Origin: a virus
DNA length: 64,000 bases
IMG/VR virus record: IMGVR_UViG_3300027714_000001
Coordinates: 32,001-96,000 of that record
Strand: one strand, 5' to 3'
This document shows, in pieces, positions 44,170 to 54,350 of this stretch (positions within the stretch are counted from its first letter, which is position 1; each line of letters begins with the position of its first letter). Under the pieces are notes generated by a model. That model was given only the letters and a program-made list of their open reading frames with translations. It ran no database searches and was not told the DNA's origin. Position numbers and translations under genes: made by a program.

Positions 44170-44284
44170 GTCATAATTGTTCGCTAATGTCCAAAAGCAG
44201 TCAGAATTGCAGTCATAATTGTTCGCTAATGTCCAAAAGCAGTCAGAATTGCAGTCATAATTGTTCGCTAATGTCCAAAAGCAG
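44170..44284. repeat. 42-bp tandem repeat (~2.7 copies) containing GTTCGCTAATGTCC
   Basis: Unit GTCATAATTGTTCGCTAATGTCCAAAAGCAGTCAGAATTGCA. Confidence 0.95.
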
Positions 44285-44426
44285 GGGCCGACCCCATCGG
44301 AATAGACAACCCCGTCAGCTCAGAACGGGCTAGGGCGCAGGAGAGCTTCTAACGGGACATTAGCGGTCTGCCCCGAGTCTAACACCAGATTAGCCGTGGT
44401 TACACCGAAATAAACTTTAAATAGCG

Positions 44427-44455
44427 TTGACAAACCGCTTGCGCTCATGTATAAT
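44427..44455 (+). promoter_or_regulatory. Consensus sigma70 promoter with no credible downstream ORF
   Basis: TTGACA-17-TATAAT; a second TTGACA-18-TATACT lies at 44583-44612. Confidence 0.8.
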
Positions 44456-44636
44456 AGTATGATAAAGTGGGAAAGCTTATGCCAAAATTCGCCGCAGCGG
44501 GGGGTAACATTATCACTACCCGCACCTAGTCTGCACCTACCACACAGTCCCGCCCCGTCCCGCAGAAAAACTAAAAAATCACTTGACAAGCAACGTCTCG
44601 GTAAGGTATACTAGGCGCGAGTCTAATATAAGTACT

Positions 44637-44800
44637 AACGTAACATAAGTACTACCTCGCGGGCGCAACAACGTAACATAAGTACTACCTCGCGGGCGCA
44701 ACAACGTAACATAAGTACTACCTCGCGGGCGCAACAACGTAACATAAGTACTACCTCGCGGGCGCAACAACGTAACATAAGTACTACCTCGCAGGCGCAA
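44637..44800. repeat. 33-bp tandem repeat, 5 copies
   Basis: Unit AACGTAACATAAGTACTACCTCGCGGGCGCAAC. Confidence 0.97.
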
Positions 44801-44976
44801 ACAGGGGTGAACCCCTTTTGACCAATCTAAACTGATCAAAATTTGACTGGACCGACCAGTCAAATAAAGCTTGACACGAGAACGCTGCGCGCAGCTTCCA
44901 TGCCACTTTGTCAAGCTTTTTATTTAATTTTAAGCAAAAAAAAGCCATGCCAATGTGGCACAGCTTTTGCTAGAGC

Positions 44977-45339
44977 TTACAGCTCAGTAGCGACTGACAA
45001 AGCAGCGAGAGCTTCGTTCAAGCGGTCTAGGTCAGCTTTGCTGGCCTTCTCTAAAGAATCCAACTCGCCTTCCTTAAGGCTAAGAAAAATTTCAGCAGCC
45101 CGCACTAGCGAGATTTTGCGAGTGCCAGTTTTTGAGGTTACAGAAACTTTGACGTTAGGCTCATACAAACCTTCGCTTACTAGTTTACCGCGAACCATAG
45201 GAATGGTCTTGCCCAAACCTTTTGCGATGCTAGACAAGGCATCGTTTTCGCCTTTGTATTCGCTTTTAAGAGTAGCGATTTGCGCAGGAGTCCAAGATAC
45301 AGATTTTACAGCAGATTTTACAGTTTTTGCATTAGACAT
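44977..45339 (-). CDS. T5 A2-like DNA-binding / DNA-transfer protein
   Basis: W.......IA...G......VR.KL.....Y......RK...VR......L.SLE.A pattern of T5 A2; tandem duplicated promoter upstream (45379-45536). Confidence 0.75.
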   Translation of the reverse strand: MSNAKTVKSAVKSVSWTPAQIATLKSEYKGENDALSSIAKGLGKTIPMVRGKLVSEGLYEPNVKVSVTSKTGTRKISLVRAAEIFLSLKEGELDSLEKASKADLDRLNEALAALSVATEL

Positions 45340-45625
45340 TTACGTCTCCTTTAGTAATGCGGATTTGGGATTATTCCCGATTTCTTAAGACTATTATAAC
45401 AATTTTTAGTCTTTGAGTCGAGCTTTTATTTAATTATTTTTTAAACTAAATTTCCAGCTTGTCCTGATTTCTTAAGACTATTATAACAATTTTTAGTCTT
45501 TGAGTCAAGCCTTTATTTAATTATTTTTTAAACTAATTTCACAAACCTTCCCAACTCAAGACAAGTATTATCTCACAATGTTAGCTTGCTGTCCAGCTTT
45601 ATTTCAAAATAAGGTGAAAATAAAG

Positions 45626-45642
45626 TTGGCACGGGTCTTGCT
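45626..45642 (+). promoter_or_regulatory. sigma54 -24/-12 consensus site
   Basis: TTGGCAC-GGGTC-TTGCT; IHF consensus AATCAATGACTTA at ~45680. Confidence 0.55.
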
Positions 45643-47069
45643 AGGAAAATAGGGGGTTGACTTTTAAAAACTCCTTTAAAATCAATGACTTACGCCGCTT
45701 CGCCGCGCGCGGCTGCGACCCCCTTTTGTCAAGTTTTATTTTTCAAATTTTAAATAATTTGCTCATACTTAATCCCTAACACTAGCCATAAAATCAGAGC
45801 AATCATCCGCGTTAAAATTTCCATCTTCGTCTATGTCTTCCGATTCAATCCAGCCTGAATCAGTTTGTAAAAGACCATGTGATTCTGCAAAATCCTGCTC
45901 GTATTTTTCCATCGCAATGTCTTCCGCTTGGTTCTCGTCTTCCGCTTCGACTTCGTAATGTTCACTGTACCCACACCAGTCTACAGCGTAAATTTCTACT
46001 ATGAATTTTTTCATCGGTTTAGCTCCTTAAACATTAATTGTCTTATTGTTTCGCACGTAGCGTCACTTGCTAAAATAGAAATATTTTTAAAAGTCTTACC
46101 ATCCCTTCGAAGTTCTGCGCCTAGCTCCTTAGCTATATACTGAGAATCAGCAAACTTTAAAACAGGCATTGCCATACAATGCAACGAACGTTGACGAAAA
46201 AGGCCGCCCCCTTTTGTTAGCGTGATCTCTCCGTCTTCCCAAATTTCTTGTACCATCCCAACATTTTCCATAGTTGGGGCGGCTTTAAATGCTTCGATTA
46301 TTTTTAAAATGCTCATTTTTGTAGTTCCTTAAGTAGGTCTTCTAGTTCTGAAATTTGGTCTTGTCTGTCTCCAAGCTCTGATACTATATTATCATATTCT
46401 TCATGACAATGCTCTATTTCTTTGATAAGTTTTGCTATTTTTAAGGCTCTTGCAGGGTCAAAATTTAAGTCTACTGTTTTTACTCGTAAAACAGTAACAG
46501 ATTTATACGTATCTGGAATCTGTTCTAGGGTTTCAAAGTATTCTACTACTTCAATACACCCACCAGAGTAGTTGTCTCCAACTACTTTAGAACTTACTAC
46601 CTTATAAAGTTTACTCATCATTTTTCTTCCTAGTTATTCAATACAAGTATTATCTCATAAATAAGCTACGTTGTCTAATACCGTTTTAGTATATGCTTAT
46701 GCATTTTTAGTCTTGACAGGCGTTCCGCCGCGCGCGGCTGCGACCCCCTTTTGTCAAGTTTTATTTTTCAAATATTTTTTCATCCCCTTTTAAGTCCTTT
46801 TTTTTGTTTTTTAAAAATAATTACTGCTTGCTTTCTATAAAATTCCTTAGTCTCTGTGCAATTATTTTCATTATACCCTTCATCTACTAAGTTTTTAAAA
46901 TTTCTTAACATGCTTTTAATATTCTCCAATAGCTAAAATTAAATTCTTTTTTGTCGGTATATTTGTTTGACTTTTTGCAAAATTTCTTTGCTTCTTTTTC
47001 TGTCTCACAATAGCCGACAATATCCACAATTCCAAACTTATCTGTAATTTCTACAATATACATATTATA

Positions 47070-47336
47070 TCACCATATAAAAAATAAAACAACTAAATTC
47101 GATGTAATGCCTATTATGCTAGAAACGATATGAAGTTTGCATTTTCTAGTAATTGCGTCAACTAAGTAACAACATAAAGCAGTTATTAACAAAACTATAC
47201 TAGCTATAGGCATAGAAACACCTGTTTTTATTGAAACTATTACATTAGGAATATTCATCATTTGCATTAGGCCGAAGCCTACCCAAGGAATATAAGCAAG
47301 CATTGCTTGCTTATATTTATTAAATCTATTTTCCAT
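47070..47336 (-). CDS. Small 3-TM membrane protein (possibly PQ-loop/SemiSWEET-like)
   Basis: Three hydrophobic helices, 'NIPNVIVSIKTG'. Confidence 0.4.
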   Translation of the reverse strand: MENRFNKYKQAMLAYIPWVGFGLMQMMNIPNVIVSIKTGVSMPIASIVLLITALCCYLVDAITRKCKLHIVSSIIGITSNLVVLFFIW

Positions 47337-48091
47337 TATAAAAACTTTACCTCGTTCAAAGTTACATTTTTACCTAGACGAATTTTGTCTTTGATTTTTT
47401 TTAATTTTTCTTCGTTTAAAATAATTTCTTCTTTGTCTTGGATAAGTCTCCAAGGGTGAGAAATAATACCGTAGTTAATTTTCTTACCTAGACCAAGCAA
47501 TCGGACTAAAAGCTCTTTTTCAATTAGTGCATCATCTAAAGCGGTATGCGACTCTTGAAATTCCCAATCCCCAATGCCGTATTTATAAGCAACTTCGGCA
47601 TTAGTTTTATAGTTACCCGCAGGTGAAACATGACCCATTAACTTACACCACTTTTTAAAAGTACGTTGCTGTAGTAATGTCTCGCAAGATACACGCCACA
47701 AATCAAGTTGCTCTCTTTTGCCTATAGCCATAAAGCCACCATATTTACGACCTGTATTACTAATGACCCTAGAATCAAAAGCTAAATTATAAGCGCAAAT
47801 AGTAGTGACACCATGATTTTTCATTAGCTTGTTTACGTCATGGCAAATTACAGCCCAGCTTTTTACGTCCATACGGTTGCATCGGATATTTGGCTTGTAA
47901 AAGCTATCGACTTTTTTAAAGTAAAAGGCTTTTTTCATCATCTGGACATTTTCAAAAACTTCCTTTATAATGGAATCATATCTTGCAAGCTCTTTGCCTT
48001 CTTTGTCACAAATTACCATACCAAAATCAAAAACTTCACCCGTCAAAGTTGCGGTTTCTGTGTCGATTACTGCGTATATTCTTTTAGTCAT
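47336..48091 (-). CDS. DEDDh 3'-5' exonuclease
   Basis: VIDTET, AYNLAFD, ESHTALDDA motifs. Confidence 0.88.
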   Translation of the reverse strand: MTKRIYAVIDTETATLTGEVFDFGMVICDKEGKELARYDSIIKEVFENVQMMKKAFYFKKVDSFYKPNIRCNRMDVKSWAVICHDVNKLMKNHGVTTICAYNLAFDSRVISNTGRKYGGFMAIGKREQLDLWRVSCETLLQQRTFKKWCKLMGHVSPAGNYKTNAEVAYKYGIGDWEFQESHTALDDALIEKELLVRLLGLGKKINYGIISHPWRLIQDKEEIILNEEKLKKIKDKIRLGKNVTLNEVKFL

Positions 48092-48782
48092 TTTTTAATT
48101 CTCTATCTAAGTAAGTGCTAATTATAGCTTTTTTGGTGGTTTGTGTCAAGTGTTTATTTAAGCTATTTTATAAATAAATTCTCTTTGCTCTCCCCATCCA
48201 ACACAAGTATTATCTCATACCCTTTCAACATTGTCAACCCTTTATTTTATTTTGTTTTAAATTTAATTTAAAACTAACTCTGTACCGATTCAACACAAGT
48301 ATTATCTCATAAATACGTTGGGTTGTCAAAGACCGTTTTGGTATAGCTTTGCTTGTTTTTATACCAAAACGGTCTTGACAGGCGTTCCGCCGCGCGCGGC
48401 TCCTGCGGCCCTGTCAAGTTTTTATTAAAAATAAAATTCTTTCTAGTGTGTCTATTTCGCCCGCTATGTAAGCTAATCTGTACGCTTTTTGTCGGGTGTT
48501 TTCTCTCTCATTAGTTACTAGTTTATGCGTGTTTCTTGCGATTTTTAGCTCTTTTTCTATTATTTGTTTTGGCAACATCTTTTTTCTCCTTTTTGTGAAA
48601 TTTTAAATAGCATTCGTATACGCTTAAATATTCTTCGGCTTCCTGATTTACATAGTTTTTACCTTCAAGATAGACGCAAACGGATGCCTCTTGCTTGTAT
48701 GTTTCCCAATAATTGGCAACGGCTTCAAGGCTAGTAAATACACCATGAACTTCTAGATACTCTAGTGCAACATAAATCATTA

Positions 48783-49295
48783 TTAATGACCCTCAAAAGG
48801 TACGTTTATAGATTGCATACCGATTTTAATAACGGCTTTGCAGTTTGCTAAATTATCATCAATCAAAACCATTTTTTCCAATTGGCGAAAATCAAAACGG
48901 CTAATTAAGTGTGTAGTTTTTAAGTGGTAATCTCTGCGAGAATCATTTTCACCACATCGCGCCATAATTGATTTAGGCTTTACGTTATTATTAGCTAACC
49001 AAGCTTTTGTGTTATCACACATTACGCGAGCTGTACATATATGAAAATCAACTCCCGCTTCCTGTAGTAAGTGAATTGCCTTAATTAATGGTAAAGCTTT
49101 ATCTTTTGATACATGTTCGGCGGTTGACATTTCGCGGTACTTGTCAAGGTTTAATGAACCGTCTTTGTTGCAAATCTGTCTATGACTTGCATCGGCAAAA
49201 ACTCCGTCCATATCAAAAACAGGAACTTTTTTCGCCATGATTAGGGTAGCGGCTAATTGAGTTGCTGACTTTTTGTTATTTTGTAGTGTAAACAT
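48783..49295 (-). CDS. HAD phosphatase (dmp/PNKP-like)
   Basis: VFDMDGV, CTAR, K, IDDN motifs; pre-early location like T5 dmp. Confidence 0.75.
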   Translation of the reverse strand: MFTLQNNKKSATQLAATLIMAKKVPVFDMDGVFADASHRQICNKDGSLNLDKYREMSTAEHVSKDKALPLIKAIHLLQEAGVDFHICTARVMCDNTKAWLANNNVKPKSIMARCGENDSRRDYHLKTTHLISRFDFRQLEKMVLIDDNLANCKAVIKIGMQSINVPFEGH

Positions 49296-49848
49296 ATTTT
49301 TTATTCTCTTTATTAATTCAGTGTAAGTATTATATCGCGTTTGGCGGGTGGAGTCAACCTTTTATTCAATAAAATTATCAATAAAATCATCGGCATCTTC
49401 TATGCTTTTAAAGTTAGCTATGACTTCGTCTTTTTCGTTTATAACTTCGTAGATTCCGTTGTTCAAAAATTTATACATTTAAAGTTTTCCTAGTTATTCA
49501 ATACAAGTATTATCTCATAAAAGTATCGTGTTGTCCACCGCTATTTTAGTATATGGCATACTAAAAAGTTATTTGACAAAAACCGGAAAGCCGCGCGCAG
49601 CGTTGCCGCCCCTGTCAACCTTTATTTTAAATATATTCCCAGATATATTTAGACTCAAAATATTCTTCGGTTTCCACACAATTTTTAGTATTGCAATAGT
49701 GGTCTGCATCTTGCCATTTTTCAAAAGTCAAGAACTCATTTTCTCGCTCAATTACTTCGTTGCGGCTTAAGGTTAATAAACTTACCCGTACCATATTAAA
49801 TTCTCCAAAAAAAAAAAAAAGCCCGAGGCGAACGCCCCGAGCATATTA

Positions 49849-50172
49849 TTAAGCTTCTACCAGAGCCTGCACAGCATCTAGGATGGTTTCAAGATCAGAT
49901 TTTGATGCCTTCTCAAAGCTGGTAACTTCTTCAACACCTAGCAAGTCAGAGATTGCTTGCACTAGGGTGATTTTACGAACCGCCCTGCTAACGCTAGGGG
50001 ATGCGCTTTTTGCTTTAGCAACATAAACACCTTCGGCAACAAGCTTGCCACGTACTTGCGGGATAGTCTTGCCCATGTCTTTAGCGATAGTTGCAATTGC
50101 AACGCCTTCCTGATACTTAGCAGTCATAGCGGCAACAGATTCGGTAGTATAAGCGGTAGATTTAGTAGTCAT
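49849..50172 (-). CDS. Second A2-like paralog
   Basis: Shares IAK..GKTIP.VRGKLV.EG.Y, RKI.LV.A and S.EKASK.DL with 44977..45339. Confidence 0.75.
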   Translation of the reverse strand: MTTKSTAYTTESVAAMTAKYQEGVAIATIAKDMGKTIPQVRGKLVAEGVYVAKAKSASPSVSRAVRKITLVQAISDLLGVEEVTSFEKASKSDLETILDAVQALVEA

Positions 50173-50744
50173 ATTATTTTTACTCTCTTTAGTTATTTAG
50201 AACGTTTATTATAATTCAATTCGGTTGTTAAGTCAATCTTTATTTTAATTCTTTTTTGTAATCTTTTTAATTCGTTTCCCTGATTTCTTAAAGCTATTTT
50301 ACCATGTTTTATTGGTAGCTGTCAAGTGCATTTCGTAACTTTCTTTAATTTCTTTTCTAGCGGCTTGCTTAGAAAAGAAAGCTCGTAAACAAACTATTGC
50401 AGAAAAGCTAGGAATAACCACAATACAAGATAATAATTGAAAAACAGTCATTTCTAATCCTTGTTTTAAGATATACATTATATCACCATAAAGTCCTGTA
50501 GTCGAGTCTTTTAATAGATTAAAAATGCTTTTATGATAAATCGCCCTTGGCGAGTTTCCCTCTGGCGTAAAATTTGGGTTTAACAAAGCTTCGGCATATG
50601 CCTTATCTGTAAATTCTTTAAAAGTCATGGGGTTCTTCCTAGTTATTCAATACAAGTATTATCTCATAAAAGTATTGTGTGGTCTAATAACATTTTCGCA
50701 TAAGCTTAGATCAAAATGATCTTGACAGCGGCGGCGAGCCGCGC

Positions 50745-50816
50745 GCACCTAATATTTGCACCTAATATTTGCACCTAATATTTGCACCTAATATTTGCAC
50801 CTAATATTTGCACCTA
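50745..50816. repeat. 13-bp tandem repeat, 5.5 copies
   Basis: Unit GCACCTAATATTT. Confidence 0.97.
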
Positions 50817-51168
50817 TAAGTTTTGTACATAAGTAGTCCCAAACTCAAGAGGGATCTGCCCCGTCTTTTTGTTGATGAAATTTTGAACGATTGGCTGAAA
50901 ATCGAAATTCTTAGCAATGCTCTTATATACCCCCACATCGGTCAAATCTGCAAGCACGTTAGCCGCTACAAGCTCATTAAGTATTTTTAGACCCTTAGTT
51001 ACACTATCAACCTTAAACGTCTTAGAAGGCATCCTAGAGCTTGATTCTGAAAAAACCCGAATTGCTATTGTTGACATATGTTATACCCTTTAGTTATATT
51101 AAATTCATGCCCATTGGCACAATAAATCCTAAACGAGAATGGTTCTCGTTTAGGAGTGACCCACCTTT

Positions 51169-51639
51169 TTAGATACTTGTCAATAATTCATTTATCAATT
51201 TATTGATTCTATCAATGTCAAGGTCAATATTATTTAATTCAAATTTTTCTTGCTTTTTATTATATATCACTTGTAACGCTTTGTGTACCGTTTTTTCGTA
51301 TTTGCCATTTATTTCTTCAAGTTTCTTCGTAAGTTCTTTACGAGCTTTTGAGCAGCTTTCTAGCGCGTATTTATCTGCCAGATTATTAAATTCAACATCA
51401 TCCGTTATAACAAAAACAGTCACTAATGAGTCACTATCAACCAAAACGTTATAACGTCTTAGTGCTTGATATGGGTGAAAAGATTTACCCACTTTGCAAG
51501 CCCATTTTATGTTATTTTTGCCCAAAAAACTACCCACCGGCACTGAATATATGGTGTTAGCTAATTTGCCTATTTTGTGATCAGATTGGTGATTTTTTAG
51601 GCTTTTTTGGATTGCTCGTATTTTCATCGTTTTTCTCAT
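51169..51639 (-). CDS. Hypothetical protein downstream of a sigma54-type promoter
   Basis: 156-aa ORF with a C-terminal coiled coil. Confidence 0.6.
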   Translation of the reverse strand: MRKTMKIRAIQKSLKNHQSDHKIGKLANTIYSVPVGSFLGKNNIKWACKVGKSFHPYQALRRYNVLVDSDSLVTVFVITDDVEFNNLADKYALESCSKARKELTKKLEEINGKYEKTVHKALQVIYNKKQEKFELNNIDLDIDRINKLINELLTSI

Positions 51640-51666
51640 TTAATTGATTAGGTATTACCTATATAA

Positions 51667-51865
51667 TGCAACCTACGTGCCAAGTTGCAAAATAGGTAAG
51701 TCGTTGATTTATAAGGGTTTTTATATTCTAGCTAATTGAATAGTTGGCATGATGACATTTTATGCACCTGAATAGTGCAATGATTCCTGATTATAGTGCA
51801 CCACTTTGGTAAGTCGTTGATTTATAAGGGTTTTTAACCTTTTTGAGATGCACCAAAAACTGACA
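51667..51865 (-). promoter_or_regulatory. sigma54 promoter with IHF sites and NtrC-type enhancer sites
   Basis: TTGGCAC-GTAGG-TTGCA (51683-51667); AATCAACGACTTA (51709-51697 and 51822-51810); TGCAC-N7-GTGCA (51763-51779); TGCACCACTTTGGT (51797-51810). Confidence 0.75.
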
Positions 51866-51959
51866 TACCAAAAACACAAAAAACGTGTTAAGTCTAATAA
51901 CAAATTAATCAAAAAATAAACAAAAAAGTATTGGACATTTGAAAATCATAGCAAAAAAC

Positions 51960-52101
51960 TTATCCACAGGTTATCCACACACTTATACATCTGGGGATAA
52001 AAAGCGGCTTTTTAAAATGTCAACCTTTTATTTTAGCTCTCTCAGTGAGTTATACAGAACTTACCCACAGGGTTATCCACAGGCTGTTGGGTTGTGGGTA
52101 A
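51960..52101. promoter_or_regulatory. DnaA-box cluster
   Basis: TTATCCACA at 51960, 51971 and 52073; one-mismatch boxes at 51992(-), 52061 and 52093(-). Confidence 0.85.
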
Positions 52102-52213
52102 CCTGTTAGCAACAAAAAACCTCCAATATAAACGCCCTGTACGGTCGCTGGTGGCATTATCTCTTAGCAGTCTTATTGATACAAAGGGTAGGGCTAAACG
52201 CGCACACTAATCT

Positions 52214-52234
52214 AAATGATTACCATTCGCATTT
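52214..52234. promoter_or_regulatory. Fur-box-like site
   Basis: AAATGATTACCATTCGCATTT compared with AATGATAATCATTATCATT. Confidence 0.5.
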
Positions 52235-52729
52235 GGCGGCGCGGGCGCGATGCGGGCTGTAGAGCATCGCTACAGCCCGCGCCCTTAAAGGGCGGTAGAC
52301 TGCCCCAACAGCTTATACGTTATTTTCTCAACCCTATCTTCATGTATACCATATTGATCTAAATAGCTCTTTTGAGCGTCTACAAGTGTGTTGCCTTCAG
52401 CCGTTGCAACGTGCATTCTGCCACCAATTAAATTTGTTGTGAATTGATAAACTTTCATATTTTGCTACCTTTTAAAATTTTCTGGTTAAACCGAATTGTT
52501 TAACCAGACCTATATCCTACAGCGCTCGGGTACCTTAGTCAAGTAAATGTTTAAAGTTATTTCCAGATATGTCTGCTTTAGTTCTTAGGTAAACATTTTT
52601 ATTTGTGGTACTTTTACCTGCCTGTATATCTTTGCGGATATTTGACCAGTCAAATGCTACCACGTCAACGAAATATTCCGCCAATTCGATTTTTCCAGAT
52701 TCTAGTATTAGGTAGTAATTAGTTGCTTT

Positions 52730-53433
52730 CATTTTCTTTACTCTTTATTTATTCGATGAGGTATTATCTCAGGTTCTAATCTATTGTGCAAGTACAAATG
52801 TCAAAAAAGCGGATAAAAAACATAGTGTACTAAAAAAGTTTTGTTCGCCTTGTTTGTCCGAAGTAACACACATTATGCCAAAAACTATAGTAAATAATAA
52901 AGCAGTTATAAACATAATTTTAACCTTTACAAAATGCGGCAGATGCCTTAAATGTCATGTCATAATTTACAACCATATCCATCTCGCAAACCGCTCTCTG
53001 GTGAACTTCGATTCCGGATTTTCCCAATCCTAGTGAAGTACCAAAAACGGCAGCTATATACATAACAGATAAAAGTACTATGACCTGAGCGATTGACTTC
53101 ATTATTAGTGTTTTCATTTTCTTTACTCTTTATTTATTCGATGAGGTATTATTGCATTCTAATGCTAGATTGTAAAGGGTATTTTTGAATTTTCTTCCCA
53201 ATTATTATTAAGTTTTTTATTTTGGTTAAATCTATCAGAATCAAAATTAGCCGCAATGGTAATGTACTGGTGTTGGTGAAACGCGGTAGCAAAAAGACCC
53301 TTATCAAAACAGTCACGCAAAAACTCAAGACTTTCAAGTCTTGACAAATTACGGGTAGTGGTATTTTCGGTTTTTACTGCAAATTCGTTGTCATTCATTT
53401 TCTTTACTCTTTATTTATTCGATGAGGTATTAT
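52730..53433 (-). repeat. Three copies of a 38-bp -10/leader/RBS/ATG cassette heading small pre-early ORFs
   Basis: CATTTTCTTTACTCTTTATTTATTCGATGAGGTATTAT at 52730, 53115 and 53396. Confidence 0.9.
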
Positions 53434-53643
53434 TGCACGAAAAGGGTACCTTTGTGAAATACCGAATTGGAATAAGCACCTGCTTTTTAGTTATAAGCCG
53501 CGCGCAATGGGGGCTGCAGGGGTGCTCTGTAGGGCGGGCGCAATGGGGCCTGCAGAGCATGAAATTAAATGAAATAAAAGGTTGCTATTATCTGTCAATA
53601 CTGTATTATTACCTTACTGAAACAAAACGAACCGAGAAGAAAA

Positions 53644-53994
53644 ATGACCACATTCACTATCACAAGATTAACAGAGACACAAGCACGAATCATGCCACAA
53701 GGCAATCATTTATATTTATGTGAGACCCTGACAAAACTTGGCATGAATTTTGATGGCACCAAGTTCGGAAAGTGTAAAGCGAAAAACGGCCTATGGGAGC
53801 GTCTACGCTCCCATAGTACCAACTGCCCATTTGGTCTAATCATAGTCCTGACGTTCACTACAGAGGCTGCTATGTGTGCCGCTGAGAGCGCCTGTAAGAC
53901 TTCTCTACCAACCCTTGCTTGGAATAGCTCAGAACGAGAATATACTTCATTAACCCCTGAGAAGGCTTTACAAGCTCTATTACGTAACATCTAA
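53644..53994 (+). CDS. T5orf172/GIY-YIG-like protein
   Basis: HLYL...KFGK......ERL.......P..L.......AE pattern. Confidence 0.45.
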   Translation: MTTFTITRLTETQARIMPQGNHLYLCETLTKLGMNFDGTKFGKCKAKNGLWERLRSHSTNCPFGLIIVLTFTTEAAMCAAESACKTSLPTLAWNSSEREYTSLTPEKALQALLRNI

Positions 53995-54120
53995 TAGGGG
54001 CGGGGGGGGTTAGGAGACTGGTCTGACCAGTCCGACCCCCCAGACCCATTTCCAAACGCGATATAGGGTATTTTCAAAAAAGTGGAGAGGCGCGACAAAT
54101 ATCGGCTGAGGAGACCCTCA

Positions 54121-54350
54121 CTACGGTTCTCTGCGGGACATTAGCGAACGGGGTATACTATTTCTACTACGGTTCTCTGCGGGACATTAGCGAACGGGGT
54201 ATACTATTTCTACTACGGTTCTCTGCGGGACATTAGCGAACGGGGTATACTATTTCTACTACGGTTCTTTGCGGGACATTAGCGAACGGGGTATACTATT
54301 TCTACTACGGTTCTCTGTGGAACATTAGCGAACGGGGTATACTATTTCTA
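54121..54350. repeat. 46-bp tandem repeat, 5 copies, containing GGACATTAGCGAAC
   Basis: Unit CTACGGTTCTCTGCGGGACATTAGCGAACGGGGTATACTATTTCTA; an extra core copy lies at 54371. Confidence 0.97.

Noticed and set aside
44160-44262. Pho boxes in the 42-bp repeat (CTGTCAT-like heptamers)
   Set aside because: Half-site spacing is not the 11 bp required for PhoB.
44637-44800. CRISPR array (also considered for 54121-54350 and 44170-44284)
   Set aside because: Units are head-to-tail near-identical repeats with no unique spacers, and no cas genes are present.
44579-44914. 111-aa ORF with repeated RPRGSTYVTLL (likewise 44136-44333)
   Set aside because: The frame is open only because the repeat length is a multiple of 3; it has no convincing RBS.
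44956-44971. Third sigma54 site TGGCAC-AGCTT-TTGCT
   Set aside because: It coincides with one arm of the terminator hairpin for the leftward A2-like gene, so it is likely incidental, though not excluded.
51127-51155. Confident Fur-box call for this 13-bp-arm palindrome
   Set aside because: It is equally explained as the terminator of ORF 51639-51169, so it is kept only as a tentative member of the site array.
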